NCBI GenBank assembly: GCA_030748775.1
Contig: JASMLH010000002.1
Location: 13,732 to 77,731 of the forward strand
DNA: 64,000 bases
Direction: 5' to 3'
Source of the DNA: Candidatus Thalassarchaeaceae archaeon
Lineage (GTDB): Archaea; Thermoplasmatota; Poseidoniia; Poseidoniales; Thalassarchaeaceae
Below are positions 10,501-20,058 of the stretch, piece after piece; the first letter of the stretch is position 1; each line of letters starts with the position of its first letter. A program made the translations under genes and the position numbers. The notes under the pieces were generated by a model. It was not told the origin of the DNA, did not search any database, and saw only the letters and a program-made list of their open reading frames with translations.

Positions 10501-11286
10501 CTCGTCAGGATTACACTCCGAACAAACAAGATTCCTGAACTTGGAGATAAGTTTGCCAGTCGGCATGGTCAGAAGGGTATCATTGGAAGACTCGTAAACC
10601 AGGAAGACATGCCATTCACCGAGGACGGAGTAATCCCCGACCTCCTGATTAATCCACATGCAATTCCATCTAGGATGACTGTAGCACACGTATTGGAGAT
10701 GATTGGCGGCAAGGTAGGCTCAATGGAAGGTAGAAGAATTGACGGTACCGCCTTCACAGGCGAGAAAGAAGAGTCACTAAGATCAGGCCTGCTCCGGAAC
10801 GGACTAAAGCACACTGGTAGGGAACAGATGATCAACGGAGAAACGGGCGAGAACTTCCCCGTTGACACCTTCGTCGGTGTGATATACTACCAACGATTAC
10901 ACCACTTGGTTAGCAGCAAACTCCATGCCAGAAGCAGAGGCAGGGTTCAGATTCTAACTAGGCAACCGACTGAGGGAAGGGCTAGGCAAGGCGGCCTCCG
11001 GTTTGGTGAGATGGAGAGGGATTGCCTCATTTCACATGGGGCATCAATGGTGATCAAAGACAGGCTTCTCGATGAATCCGATGGTTGGAACCTCATGGTA
11101 TGCAATACTCCCCGGTGTGGGCACGTAGCCTACTATGACTGGAAGCGAAGAACCAGCGTTTGTCCTGTATGCGGAGATAGAGCCGACGTCCATTCCGTAC
11201 AGACATCCTATGCATTCAAACTACTTCTGGATGAGATGAAGAGCTTGGGTGTTGCCATGAGACTGGAACTGGAGGATCGAAGATGA
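7549..11286 (+). CDS. rpoB: RNA polymerase subunit B (fused B''/B', Rpo2)
   Basis: GYFIINGTERV, ETPEGQNCGL, GDKFASRHGQKG, RFGEMERD, C-terminal zinc motif. Confidence 0.99.
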   Translation: MIRGEKVKEIVESYFKQRSLVNHQLASYNDCIPVGDGKESRMESIVRNIKIGTDEQMDDDEGGLVKLDLLDKEIVVRLKNLRLGRPTIKEANGAEHPATPLECRIRKLTYFSPVYLDFKIYRDDLPPSPGAELGYLEEKGVHIGNLPIMVRSARCNLHAGHIDENRRLSPESSAEDAERYQALLRKSGEDPLDPGGYFIINGTERVLISMEDLAPNRVTVEKNKKYAHETQVAKIFSQKDGVRKPLNVEKRRDGMLMVKIPSAGTTPVPLVLLMRALGVENDREIFASIAGPPEAMKYTVANLNDLRDNDEYGVDTCDEALAWLEKKFAAGQQKEYRESRIQNLLDNELLPHLGSALENREKKAIFLGRIARQVLEMAIKDKDPNDKDHYANKRVRLAGDLVEDLFRVSLQQLARDLKYQLERHHNRKRELRISSCLRPDVLTTKIMHALATGNWVGGRSGVSQLLDRTTYLSALSHLRRVTSPLVRSQPHFEARDLHPTQWGRLCPNETPEGQNCGLVKNGAQMIDISEEVREADVKDLLKEAGVNDNPDGWADGSRIHVNGDIFGLHKRPHKLVSQFKRRRRSGRIRPEVSIRHDLENRDVFINTDRGRMLRPLLIIEHGSLQITKMHLEGLKSGEISFSDLVSGGVIEWVDAEEEEDLLIAPRPFDLPPESPKNKRPINPSKVQWTNLGEMGKDSDGKPVPLSHAQLIAEVKMPNGDTKNEKFKVPLNYFQENIDVLKRKEKKDNTVLVYTHVEIDPQLILGVCASLVPYPEHNSTPRVTGGTAMVKQSLGVASANFRLRPDTRAHVMHYPQRSIVGTRAMQSTNFDERPGGQNYVVAIVSHHGYNMQDAVIMNRASVERALGRSAFVRTYNAENKRFPGGQEERIEVPGTGLDEIKGLKSWDSYSHLERDGLPVPEEELTSEEGGRSILVGKTSPPRFLEEAHGAFLQAQERRESSMLVRHGEKGWVDNVYVTESLDSGRLVRITLRTNKIPELGDKFASRHGQKGIIGRLVNQEDMPFTEDGVIPDLLINPHAIPSRMTVAHVLEMIGGKVGSMEGRRIDGTAFTGEKEESLRSGLLRNGLKHTGREQMINGETGENFPVDTFVGVIYYQRLHHLVSSKLHARSRGRVQILTRQPTEGRARQGGLRFGEMERDCLISHGASMVIKDRLLDESDGWNLMVCNTPRCGHVAYYDWKRRTSVCPVCGDRADVHSVQTSYAFKLLLDEMKSLGVAMRLELEDRR

Positions 11287-14200
11287 GTGCCCGAGACGCA
11301 GCAAAGATTCCAAAGCGAATAGACTCAATCAGGTTCACCCTAATGGATCCGAACGAAATAAGGAAGATGTCATCAGTAGAGGTAAAGACAGCCGATACCT
11401 ACAAGGACGATGGCCATGCGTTTAAGCAGGGTCTGATGGATCCCAAGATGGGAGTCATTGACCCTGGAATAAGGTGCGAGACATGCGGCAACAAGCACGA
11501 GGAGTGCCCCAGCCACTTCGGACATATTGCTCTCGAGCTTCCAGTAATGCATATCGGCTTCACTGGGCTAATCAAGAACTGCCTAAAGTCTACATGCAAT
11601 TCATGTAGCAAGGTCCTACTATTGGACGCAGCCGAAACCCATCCTACAGATCCAGAAAAGTCCGAACAGGACTACTACAGGGACAAGGTGCATGACATCA
11701 TTCTAAAGCACGGTGTCGGTGGTCGAGAATTCAAGAAAATCATCAAGGATATCGAGACAGTTTGCTCTAGTGCCAAGAGGGCAATATGCATGCATTGCGG
11801 CGCCGAGCAAGGCAAGATTATCTTGGACAAGCCTACCACCTTCAAGGAGAAGAAGGCAGACAAGGGTGAACACAAACTGAATGCCAGGGATATCAGAGAA
11901 TGGCTAGAGAAGATTCCCGACGAGCATTTAATTTTCGTTGGAATGGAGAAGGATGTAAGCAGGCCAGAATGGACGATCATGAAGGTTCTGCCCGTTCCTC
12001 CGATTACCGTTCGTCCCTCCATAACTCTGGAGAGTGGAGACAGATCAGAAGATGACTTGACCCACAAATTAGTCGATGTCCTTAGGATCAATCAGCGGCT
12101 AAGAGAAAATCGTGACTCTGGGGCGCCACAGCTAATTGTAGAGGACCTATGGGAGTTACTACAGTATCACTGCACAACTTACTTCGACAACCAAACCAGT
12201 GGAATCCCACCCGCACGACATCGGTCTGGAAGGCCCCTGAAGACACTTTCTCAGAGATTGAAAGGAAAGGAAGGAAGGTTCAGAAGCAACCTGTCTGGAA
12301 AGAGGGTTAACTTCTGTGCTAGGACTGTCATCAGTCCCGACCCCAATCTGGGAATCAACGAGGTCGGGGTCCCTGTTACAACAGCCAAGGAACTTACTGT
12401 TCCAATTAGGGTGACGAGCCGAAATAGAGAACAGTTGCGGCAGATGATTCTACGTGGTCCAGATGTTCATCCAGGAGTAAACTACATCATTCGAGGAGAT
12501 CGATTTCGCGTCAGAATTACAGATCGAACTAAGTTCATCTGGTCCGGATTCCGATGCCTAAATCCGGACTGTCATTCTGGTAGCGAGGAAGAGCCATACA
12601 TGGGCTACCAACCGGAGCTAAACCAAGTCTTGCCCGCGCCCAATTTCCTCCCAGGCCTAGTTCTGAAGGAGCAAATGCGTAGAGATCACATTACTGACGA
12701 GCTCCAGAAGGAGTGGAGCGTTGATCTAGAGTCTACTTTGTCGAATCTAAAGGGCGAGGATATGAGCGGCAATCAACTTCCCGAAGACGACCCCAATGCT
12801 GTGATCCATCATCGATGGAAGTGGGAGGTAGAGAACCCAGATGACTACTTGCCCGAGCACCTAGAAGTCCGGTGCCCACACTGTGGGAGCCCCGAGGTGG
12901 AGGACGAACATGGAAATGTGTTCCCTACTGATGTAGAGGACAGACTCAGCACATACGACAGGGATGGGAACCCTCGGCCCGGTGTGGTGGTCGAACGCCA
13001 CTTGATTGACGGTGATGTTGCGATTTTCAACAGACAACCATCATTGCACAGGATGTCTATGCTAGTTCATGAGATAAGAGTCATGGAAGGTAAGACGTTC
13101 CGCTTCAACCTTGCTGATTGCACTCCATACAACGCTGATTTCGATGGCGATGAAATGAACCTCCACGTAATTCAGAGCGAGGAAGCAAGGGCCGAAGCCC
13201 GAATCCTAATGCGAGTGCAGGAGCACATAATTTCCCCAAGGTATGGTGGGAGCGTAATTGGTGGAATACATGACCATATTACTGGCGCTTACTTGCTAAC
13301 ACACGGGGAGGCATTCCTCACACGCCAGGCCGCTCTGGACGTACTGAGTTCCGTAGGATGGGACGGCGAACTTCCAGACCCGGTCGAAAGGAATGAGCAG
13401 GTTGGCTACCTCGGAAACGAGATTTTCAGCCTTCTCGTCAGGGAAGGATTTGACTTGAATTTCAAGAATCGCGCTGGCGAGTCAGTTAGCGTGACTGCTG
13501 GTGATGTCTCAGGGGCTATTGACAAGAGGGGCATAGGGGCGGAAGATGGAAGGCTCCTTGATGCAGTGGTACAGACTCATGGAACTGATATAGGTGCAGA
13601 GTTCATCAATAAGATGACGAAGATGACCATTGCAATTTGTACAGCTATGGGATTCACCACCGGTATAGATGATGAAGACCTGCCCCCAGAAGCAAAGGAA
13701 GAAATTGATAGAATTAACAGAGCCGCTAGTGAGAAAGTAGACGAAGAACTTACCAAGTTCGGAAAAGATGGAAGGAAGTACGAGGCTAGACCAGGGAGAA
13801 CACCTCTGGAGACCTTGGAAGAGAACATCCTGACAATTCTTGATGAGGGCAAAGCCGAAACTGGGAATGTAGCAAAATCACTGTTGGGCGACAATAACTC
13901 AGCTGTTTTGATGGCGACATCCGGAGCCAGGGGTTCTATGGACAATCTAGCTATGATGGCTGGTTCTATTGGGCAGCCAAAGGTTAGGGGTAAGCGCCTA
14001 GAGAGGGGGTACCAGGATCGTGTTCTTTCACACTTCCCTAGGAATGTCAAGGGAGCCAAAGAGAAGGGCTTCGTCTCATCGTCTTTCAAGAGTGGCCTTG
14101 AACCTACGGAGTTCTTCATGCTATCAGTTTCAGGAAGGGAATCCCTTGTGGACACAGCTGTTAGGACTAGTAAGTCTGGTTACATGCAGAGGAGGCTGAT

Positions 14201-14378
14201 TAATGCAATGGATGACCTAAAGGTAGCAGATGATGACAGGGCTTCTGTAAGGAATACAGCAAATAGGATCATTCAGTTTGAGTATGGGGAAGATGGGGTT
14301 GATCCTGCAAGGAGTCGAAAGGGCAGCCCATTTGATGTCAACCAAGTCCTGAACGACGCACTTGGAGGTGGTAAGTGA
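11283..14378 (+). CDS. rpoA1: RNA polymerase subunit A' (Rpo1N)
   Basis: Catalytic NADFDGD, N-terminal zinc motifs, [16 protein letters not shown]. Confidence 0.99.
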   Translation: MSARDAAKIPKRIDSIRFTLMDPNEIRKMSSVEVKTADTYKDDGHAFKQGLMDPKMGVIDPGIRCETCGNKHEECPSHFGHIALELPVMHIGFTGLIKNCLKSTCNSCSKVLLLDAAETHPTDPEKSEQDYYRDKVHDIILKHGVGGREFKKIIKDIETVCSSAKRAICMHCGAEQGKIILDKPTTFKEKKADKGEHKLNARDIREWLEKIPDEHLIFVGMEKDVSRPEWTIMKVLPVPPITVRPSITLESGDRSEDDLTHKLVDVLRINQRLRENRDSGAPQLIVEDLWELLQYHCTTYFDNQTSGIPPARHRSGRPLKTLSQRLKGKEGRFRSNLSGKRVNFCARTVISPDPNLGINEVGVPVTTAKELTVPIRVTSRNREQLRQMILRGPDVHPGVNYIIRGDRFRVRITDRTKFIWSGFRCLNPDCHSGSEEEPYMGYQPELNQVLPAPNFLPGLVLKEQMRRDHITDELQKEWSVDLESTLSNLKGEDMSGNQLPEDDPNAVIHHRWKWEVENPDDYLPEHLEVRCPHCGSPEVEDEHGNVFPTDVEDRLSTYDRDGNPRPGVVVERHLIDGDVAIFNRQPSLHRMSMLVHEIRVMEGKTFRFNLADCTPYNADFDGDEMNLHVIQSEEARAEARILMRVQEHIISPRYGGSVIGGIHDHITGAYLLTHGEAFLTRQAALDVLSSVGWDGELPDPVERNEQVGYLGNEIFSLLVREGFDLNFKNRAGESVSVTAGDVSGAIDKRGIGAEDGRLLDAVVQTHGTDIGAEFINKMTKMTIAICTAMGFTTGIDDEDLPPEAKEEIDRINRAASEKVDEELTKFGKDGRKYEARPGRTPLETLEENILTILDEGKAETGNVAKSLLGDNNSAVLMATSGARGSMDNLAMMAGSIGQPKVRGKRLERGYQDRVLSHFPRNVKGAKEKGFVSSSFKSGLEPTEFFMLSVSGRESLVDTAVRTSKSGYMQRRLINAMDDLKVADDDRASVRNTANRIIQFEYGEDGVDPARSRKGSPFDVNQVLNDALGGGK

Positions 14379-15958
14379 TGGTTGTTAAGAGTGCTACTAA
14401 GAAGAAACTGATGGACTTGGGAATCGAGGAGGAGTACGCTCACAAGTTGGCAGATGACAAGAAGTGGGATGACGTCAAGGGCCTCTCTCCAGGTCAGATT
14501 GCTCAGATATGCGGAATAGACTCTGGCACATCCCAGCGAATCCACGAGGTGATGGCAAACTCTGCAAAGTCTAGCCGGGCTTCTACAGCAGCATCCGAGA
14601 AGACAATTGTTCGCCGTAGAACGGTTTCTCGGTCTCGTAGAATGAAGAGGTCGCTTCCCATGGAGGAATATGACGAAGAGTCCAAGCTAATCCAAATAGG
14701 TCGTGACGTTGACTCAGATGACGAGATGTATCTAAAACTCTCAAAGGCTGTTAGTGATGCTAATGCTAGCATGACTCCCAGAATGATAGACGATCTTGTC
14801 AAGGGACTGCAGAAGAGGGGGGAGAAGAAGATTTCTGATGCCAAGGCAAGGAAGATTATCGAGTCCGCCATGAACTTTGCCAGTGATTCCAAGGCAGTAC
14901 CGTACGAGGCAGTAGGAATCACAACCGCCCAGTCAATCGGGGAACCAGGTACACAAATGACGATGAGGACATTCCACTACGCAGGAGTGGCAACGGTGAA
15001 TGTTACACAGGGACTTCCTAGGATTATTGAGATCGTCGACGCTAGGAAGGTCCCTAAAACGCCAACGATGATCATCTATCTCGATGAACAGAATGCCAAG
15101 AAAAAGCCACTCCGTACAAACGAGAAACTAGTTCGCGATATTGCAGCCTCACTGGAGACAACGACAGCCACGGATATAGCTGCCATCGATGTAGACGTAG
15201 CTCAGAGGAACATCAGCCTTCAATTGAATAATAGCAACATGAAGCTGAAAAAGATGACCGGCGCCGAAGTTCGCGATAAACTATCCAGGGCTTTGAGGCT
15301 ATATGTTCAGGCTGACAATGATGACCGCCCCAAGTCACTTCGCATTATTCCCGGAGTCACAAAGGAAGAGGATCTGGCATCCCTTGCCTCGGATCCCCCA
15401 ACATATACCGCCCTACTCCAACTAGAGGACAAGATCAAGAAACTTAGACTCAAGGGTCTTCCCGGTATTTCCAGGGCAAACGTACAGGGTCCAGTTGCTG
15501 AAACAGGAGAGTATTACATCTCCACTATTGGCTCCAATCTTGCTAAAGTTAGCGAGTTTGCCGGAATAGACAGATCAAGGACGTACACAAACAACATCAA
15601 CGAAATTCATGACTATCTGGGAATCGAGGCCGCTCGGCAGGCGATAATCAATGAGATGTGGGATACCCTTGAAGGGGCCGGTCTCGATGTCGATGTCAGA
15701 CACCTGATTATGGTCTCCGACGTTATGACAAACGGAGGCGAAGTTCGGGCCATTGGCCGTCACGGAGTTAGCGGTACGAAGCACTCAATTCTCGCACGTT
15801 CAGCATTCGAGGTGACCGTCACTCACCTCCTAAAGGCTGGAATTATTGGCGAGAGAGACATGCTTTCGGGAGTAACAGAGAACATCATTGTTGGCCAACC
15901 AGTAGCATTGGGAACGGGAAGCGTTGAACTGTATTACATCCCCGAGTCTAGTAATTGA
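14378..15958 (+). CDS. rpoA2: RNA polymerase subunit A'' (Rpo1C) with N-terminal extension
   Basis: [35 protein letters not shown] overlap with rpoA1 and GGAGGTG RBS. Confidence 0.98.
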   Translation: MVVKSATKKKLMDLGIEEEYAHKLADDKKWDDVKGLSPGQIAQICGIDSGTSQRIHEVMANSAKSSRASTAASEKTIVRRRTVSRSRRMKRSLPMEEYDEESKLIQIGRDVDSDDEMYLKLSKAVSDANASMTPRMIDDLVKGLQKRGEKKISDAKARKIIESAMNFASDSKAVPYEAVGITTAQSIGEPGTQMTMRTFHYAGVATVNVTQGLPRIIEIVDARKVPKTPTMIIYLDEQNAKKKPLRTNEKLVRDIAASLETTTATDIAAIDVDVAQRNISLQLNNSNMKLKKMTGAEVRDKLSRALRLYVQADNDDRPKSLRIIPGVTKEEDLASLASDPPTYTALLQLEDKIKKLRLKGLPGISRANVQGPVAETGEYYISTIGSNLAKVSEFAGIDRSRTYTNNINEIHDYLGIEAARQAIINEMWDTLEGAGLDVDVRHLIMVSDVMTNGGEVRAIGRHGVSGTKHSILARSAFEVTVTHLLKAGIIGERDMLSGVTENIIVGQPVALGTGSVELYYIPESSN

Positions 15959-15967
15959 GGTGAAAAG

Positions 15968-16264
15968 ATGGACATTGCTAGGCAGTTAAAGCAAGCAATA
16001 AACTCTGGAAGTATCATTTTTGGTCAGAGGCAAACCTCGTCTCACTGTTCCAAGGGCGAGGCAAAGCTGGTCTTAATTGCTGCAAATTGTCCGGAGTCAT
16101 ACATCGACGATCTGCGAAATTCATTTCCAAACGTTCCTGTCCACCAACTTACATTGGTGAACAGGCAACTAGGTGCTGCCTGTGGTAGGCCTTTTCCTGT
16201 TAGCGCATTGTGCGTCATTGACCCTGGTCAGAGCGATTTGATGCAACTCGCACCTAATGTTTGA
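15968..16264 (+). CDS. rpl30e: 50S ribosomal protein L30e
   Basis: LGAACGRPFPVS..VIDPGQS; conserved position after rpoA2. Confidence 0.93.
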   Translation: MDIARQLKQAINSGSIIFGQRQTSSHCSKGEAKLVLIAANCPESYIDDLRNSFPNVPVHQLTLVNRQLGAACGRPFPVSALCVIDPGQSDLMQLAPNV

Positions 16265-16332
16265 ATGCGAATTGCTACTGAACTGGCAATTTATTGGGTT
16301 CGTTTCAAAGTCAGACCGGCTCCCCTAGAATC

Positions 16333-17265
16333 ATGGAGGGTACAATACGGGGTGTATTGGAAAACAGGGGAGTTACTCTGAAGAACCCTATTATTGATGA
16401 TGAAATCATCGGATTCTGCTGCCTGGGAGTCGCCCCTAGAATTTCCGAGACCGGTTCTTCGGAGGAAGACGTACACGTTTGGATTATCTCCGCCAATAGC
16501 TTACCAATTAGTGAAAATGAAATAATTCGTTGGGGTCTTAGTGCCCCTAAGGGGAGACATTGGTTACTTAGCCTTCGAGAGGTTTCATCTGGTCATGTTG
16601 AAATCGATGGATTAGACTACGTAATTTGGCCTCCTGAAAGGGTAACTAAATGGATCGGGGAAGCAGTACTTTCAGGTGATATGAAAACAAATCCAGCACA
16701 TGAGGAAGAGCAAAAATTGCCTGATTTGAAGGATAGGAAAAATACCCATGACTTCCCCATTATGGCCTTGCGACCAAGAATAGAAATCGAGAATTGGCTA
16801 TCTCAGAGGGGTCTTGATGGTGAACAATACAATCCAGTATTTCTCGAAGGAAAGATTTGGGAAGTTTCAGGGAATTTGATTGGACCAAATGGCCAATTGG
16901 AGGAAGGCATTTGGCAACTTTACGAAGATCCATGGACACGGACTCTTTCCATACTAGAACAGGATGATATATCCGAAAAACCACCGAATTTACGAGTTAT
17001 TTCGCCCCCTTCCAAAAATTGGCTTAGCCAATCCAGACTTTCCGAGGAAGCCTCAAAATTACTCGAAATACGACGTAAGGGAGAAACGGAAATTTCCGAT
17101 TCGAGCACTGTTCGAAGCATGCTATTGCAACGATGGTCCCTTGATTCCTCAGGCTCGACCTTCGTCGAATACCGCCTCTTTCTACCTGCATGGATTGTTT
17201 CGAATCCGGTTGTGTCCGTTCTTCATGCTCGCAATGGAAGAACGTATGAGATTCAGGATCTCTGA
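16333..17265 (+). CDS. Hypothetical protein
   Basis: Long ORF of about 310 aa with no recognised motif; ATG 16333 is the likely start. Confidence 0.7.
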   Translation: MEGTIRGVLENRGVTLKNPIIDDEIIGFCCLGVAPRISETGSSEEDVHVWIISANSLPISENEIIRWGLSAPKGRHWLLSLREVSSGHVEIDGLDYVIWPPERVTKWIGEAVLSGDMKTNPAHEEEQKLPDLKDRKNTHDFPIMALRPRIEIENWLSQRGLDGEQYNPVFLEGKIWEVSGNLIGPNGQLEEGIWQLYEDPWTRTLSILEQDDISEKPPNLRVISPPSKNWLSQSRLSEEASKLLEIRRKGETEISDSSTVRSMLLQRWSLDSSGSTFVEYRLFLPAWIVSNPVVSVLHARNGRTYEIQDL

Positions 17266-18122
17266 AGCAGCAGCAGCTCCTCGGTTGATAGTGTGTCTCC
17301 TGACATCAGCTTGCTCATCAAATCAGTCATCTCCAGACTTCCTTCTTCATCAATCTGCCTTTGTTTAGTCCCTGAAAGCTTTAGGATATCTTGCATGGAA
17401 TGAATGCAGCGTAGAGAAATAATGTAGTTATTGTGCAGCTCATCTGCTCTTCCTTTCGTCTTAGTTAGTCTGATGTGTTCAGAATTTGCCATTCCTCTGA
17501 GCTTTTCTACCTCATCGGACAATTCCATCATCAATGAGTGCGCTTCTTCAGATTCTTCCGATGCCGTTGTTACCGCATCGTGCGCCTTCTGCTGCGCCTT
17601 CTCAGCGGCCCTTACCTCCCTTAGGACATTGGAACTACTTTCTTCTTCTTTCTTTCTTGCAGTATCATACTCCGCCTTCAATTTCTTCATTTTCGCGAAG
17701 AACTCTTTCTCTTTGTTGGGCTTAATTTTTCCAGTTTGGTGATTCCATTCTAGCTTCTCCATTTCCGCTCTAATCTTGCTCGCTGGTTTCCCATTCCTTC
17801 TTTTTCCGCGCTCATCATCAGACTTGCTGCTACTAGAACTTCTGAGTTTAACTCTCAAAGCCTTCAACGAATTTGTTCTTTCTAGGCGAATCTTCCTCAA
17901 TTCGGCAACCTTTCCATTTGCCTCATTCCTGATGGATTTCTGTTTCTGGACCTCAGTAATCAGCTCCTTTACCTGGCGATTAATTTCATTCCTTTTATCG
18001 AGTTGACTGCGAACTTGAACGTTCAAATCATCCCTGTTGGATTTAAAATCGTCAAGCTTGCTGCTTACACTTTCGGACATGGGTTCGAAAATTTCCCTTA
18101 TATTCGAGTGATTGAGTCCCAT
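17253..18122 (-). CDS. Archaeal coiled-coil protein (COG1340-like), paralog 1
   Basis: Heptad-rich; RDDLN/RNEIN repeats, LEWNHQT, C-terminal GDTLSTEELLLLQ. Confidence 0.8.
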   Translation of the reverse strand: MGLNHSNIREIFEPMSESVSSKLDDFKSNRDDLNVQVRSQLDKRNEINRQVKELITEVQKQKSIRNEANGKVAELRKIRLERTNSLKALRVKLRSSSSSKSDDERGKRRNGKPASKIRAEMEKLEWNHQTGKIKPNKEKEFFAKMKKLKAEYDTARKKEEESSSNVLREVRAAEKAQQKAHDAVTTASEESEEAHSLMMELSDEVEKLRGMANSEHIRLTKTKGRADELHNNYIISLRCIHSMQDILKLSGTKQRQIDEEGSLEMTDLMSKLMSGDTLSTEELLLLQRS

Positions 18123-18180
18123 GTATATCCAGGTTTTCGGAAATTACACCATCATTTAAGGAATACCGATTTCAAGACGA

Positions 18181-19137
18181 TTATTCCCTTCTGCTGGCCA
18201 TTCTTCCCTTTCTCCCACCAGTTCTAGATACTCCCAGTTTCCTACTCTTCTTCCTAGACTTTCTGCTCTTGTTGGTTTCTTTCACCAACTCAATATTATC
18301 CCCGAGTGCGGAAAGACCTCCAGACTCCAAAAGAACCCCCATCTCTTCCTTGCTAAGGCTACCCCCACTGGCAGCGATTCCCTTGATGTCCGAGAGCTTT
18401 ACTCTGCCAGGACGATTTGCTGCTATTCTGACATAACCCTCAATCCTGCGAATCTCTTTTCTTGTCCTAGCTTTCTCGGATTTTAGTTGATCTAGCCGCT
18501 TGTCTATCTCTGAAATCCTGTTGCTAATATTGCGAATTTCCTTTCTACTAATGCCCGAGCCATCCGGATTATTATCTGCCTTCGCTTCAGCCACGATTTT
18601 TCCTGATTTCTCTCTGTTCTCATCCAATTTTCTAGAAATTTCCTTCAATTTCCTTACTTCTGTTGCATACATCTTGTGGGCATCCTCAGCCAATATTTTT
18701 TGTTTGATTGAAGCCTGAATCTCGAAGAATCTGCTGAATGCATCTAGTTCTCGATTAAGCATAGGTACAGACGTAAGATCATTATCTACTGTTGTCATCC
18801 TAGAATGTGTGTCGCTAAGCCATTCATACAGAATTTCGGATGGTGGAGGAACACAGCGATTGACCGAATCTCGCTGTTCCCTGTGCTTCAGGCTTTTCTT
18901 CCTCGATTTGTGGAATTCCTGGAGTAATGATTTTCTTCCTTGACCTGCCTCTTCAAAGCCACCCAAAGCCGAACGAAGTGACTTCACAATCTGTATCTGA
19001 TCCTTCCGCTCGCTTCTAAGACTCCTTGTCTCGATATCCAATGTAGCCATATCCCTAATTATCCCAGTCAGAAGTTGCCCTACAGCATCTTCATCCATTT
19101 CTTCAAGGTCACCCCATTTTCCTTTGGACACCTTCAT
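18181..19137 (-). CDS. Coiled-coil protein (COG1340-like), paralog 2
   Basis: Heptad-rich; RDSVN, GGSLSKEEM; basic C-terminal tail. Confidence 0.7.
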   Translation of the reverse strand: MKVSKGKWGDLEEMDEDAVGQLLTGIIRDMATLDIETRSLRSERKDQIQIVKSLRSALGGFEEAGQGRKSLLQEFHKSRKKSLKHREQRDSVNRCVPPPSEILYEWLSDTHSRMTTVDNDLTSVPMLNRELDAFSRFFEIQASIKQKILAEDAHKMYATEVRKLKEISRKLDENREKSGKIVAEAKADNNPDGSGISRKEIRNISNRISEIDKRLDQLKSEKARTRKEIRRIEGYVRIAANRPGRVKLSDIKGIAASGGSLSKEEMGVLLESGGLSALGDNIELVKETNKSRKSRKKSRKLGVSRTGGRKGRMASRRE

Positions 19138-19967
19138 TCTTCCTCACCACCGACTTGTTTGGACTCTTTCTTCTTGCTCCTTCGCCTTTTTGCGAATGAA
19201 GAAACCCCTCCGTTCTCCACCCTTCTCATTCCAATTAGTAGGTCAGAGAACCCTGGGCCTATGTCTCCGAATCCTTCTTCTAACCTTCTTTCCCAATGAC
19301 TTATCGCCTTGTCCGACTGAGAAAGTAGCTCTCTTGCCCTATCAAGCTGGCTTCTCACTTCTCGCAACTCATTGCTCAGGATTGCCCTCTTTTCGTAGGT
19401 TGGTTGGGCCTTTTCGACTGCTGTCAGCATTTCAGCGTGGGCCTTGTCTGCGATTCTATAATAATCTGACATTTCCTTGCTATTTTTGCTATATTCTACC
19501 ATCTCCGGGTTGGACTCCTTCCTATCTTTTAGCCAGCGATCGTTTTCCTCTACTATCTTCCTCCTTTCCTCCAACAACTTCCTTTCCGCTTTGTGATCTA
19601 GGGCAGAAGTCTGAATTTTGTGCTCAATGCCTTCCAGATCTTCCATCATCCTCCTCTTCTTCCATTTGGGATCTAGGCTCATCATCCCACCCCCTTCGAG
19701 AAGTTTCGCTCTGGATGATTTTACATCTTGGATCAGTGCACTTGCACGAGATTGATTTTCATCCCTCTTCATCTTCAGCTCTGCCACTTTCTGATTAGCC
19801 CCTTCGAAGGACTTTTCCAACCTCTCTAACTTTGGCACTATTGACTCTTCTTCAGCTTCCAGATTCCTAATCACTCCCGGTAGGCTATCCTTCAACATCA
19901 TTCTCCGCTGAAGTAACGCCCTAGCCAACTCATTCGGACCTAGCTCTAGCAACTGATTGTTGTCCAT
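19134..19967 (-). CDS. Coiled-coil protein (COG1340-like), paralog 3
   Basis: KRDENQ, IEHKIQTSALDHKAERKL, ADKAHAEM. Confidence 0.78.
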   Translation of the reverse strand: MDNNQLLELGPNELARALLQRRMMLKDSLPGVIRNLEAEEESIVPKLERLEKSFEGANQKVAELKMKRDENQSRASALIQDVKSSRAKLLEGGGMMSLDPKWKKRRMMEDLEGIEHKIQTSALDHKAERKLLEERRKIVEENDRWLKDRKESNPEMVEYSKNSKEMSDYYRIADKAHAEMLTAVEKAQPTYEKRAILSNELREVRSQLDRARELLSQSDKAISHWERRLEEGFGDIGPGFSDLLIGMRRVENGGVSSFAKRRRSKKKESKQVGGEEE

Positions 19968-20058
19968 ATCCTCCGTGACGAACGAATCATTACATTAAAG
20001 GGCTATGTGAGGTGATTTATTGGGTTTGATTGATACGATGTCACGGAAGGGGTCGACC

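Noticed and set aside
12535..12975. Intein in rpoA1
   Set aside because: No intein terminal residues and no LAGLIDADG motifs; treated as a domain insertion instead.
19124..19798. 224-aa plus-strand ORF and many similar antisense ORFs in the track
   Set aside because: Shadow frames of well-supported genes, with S/L/F-rich composition.
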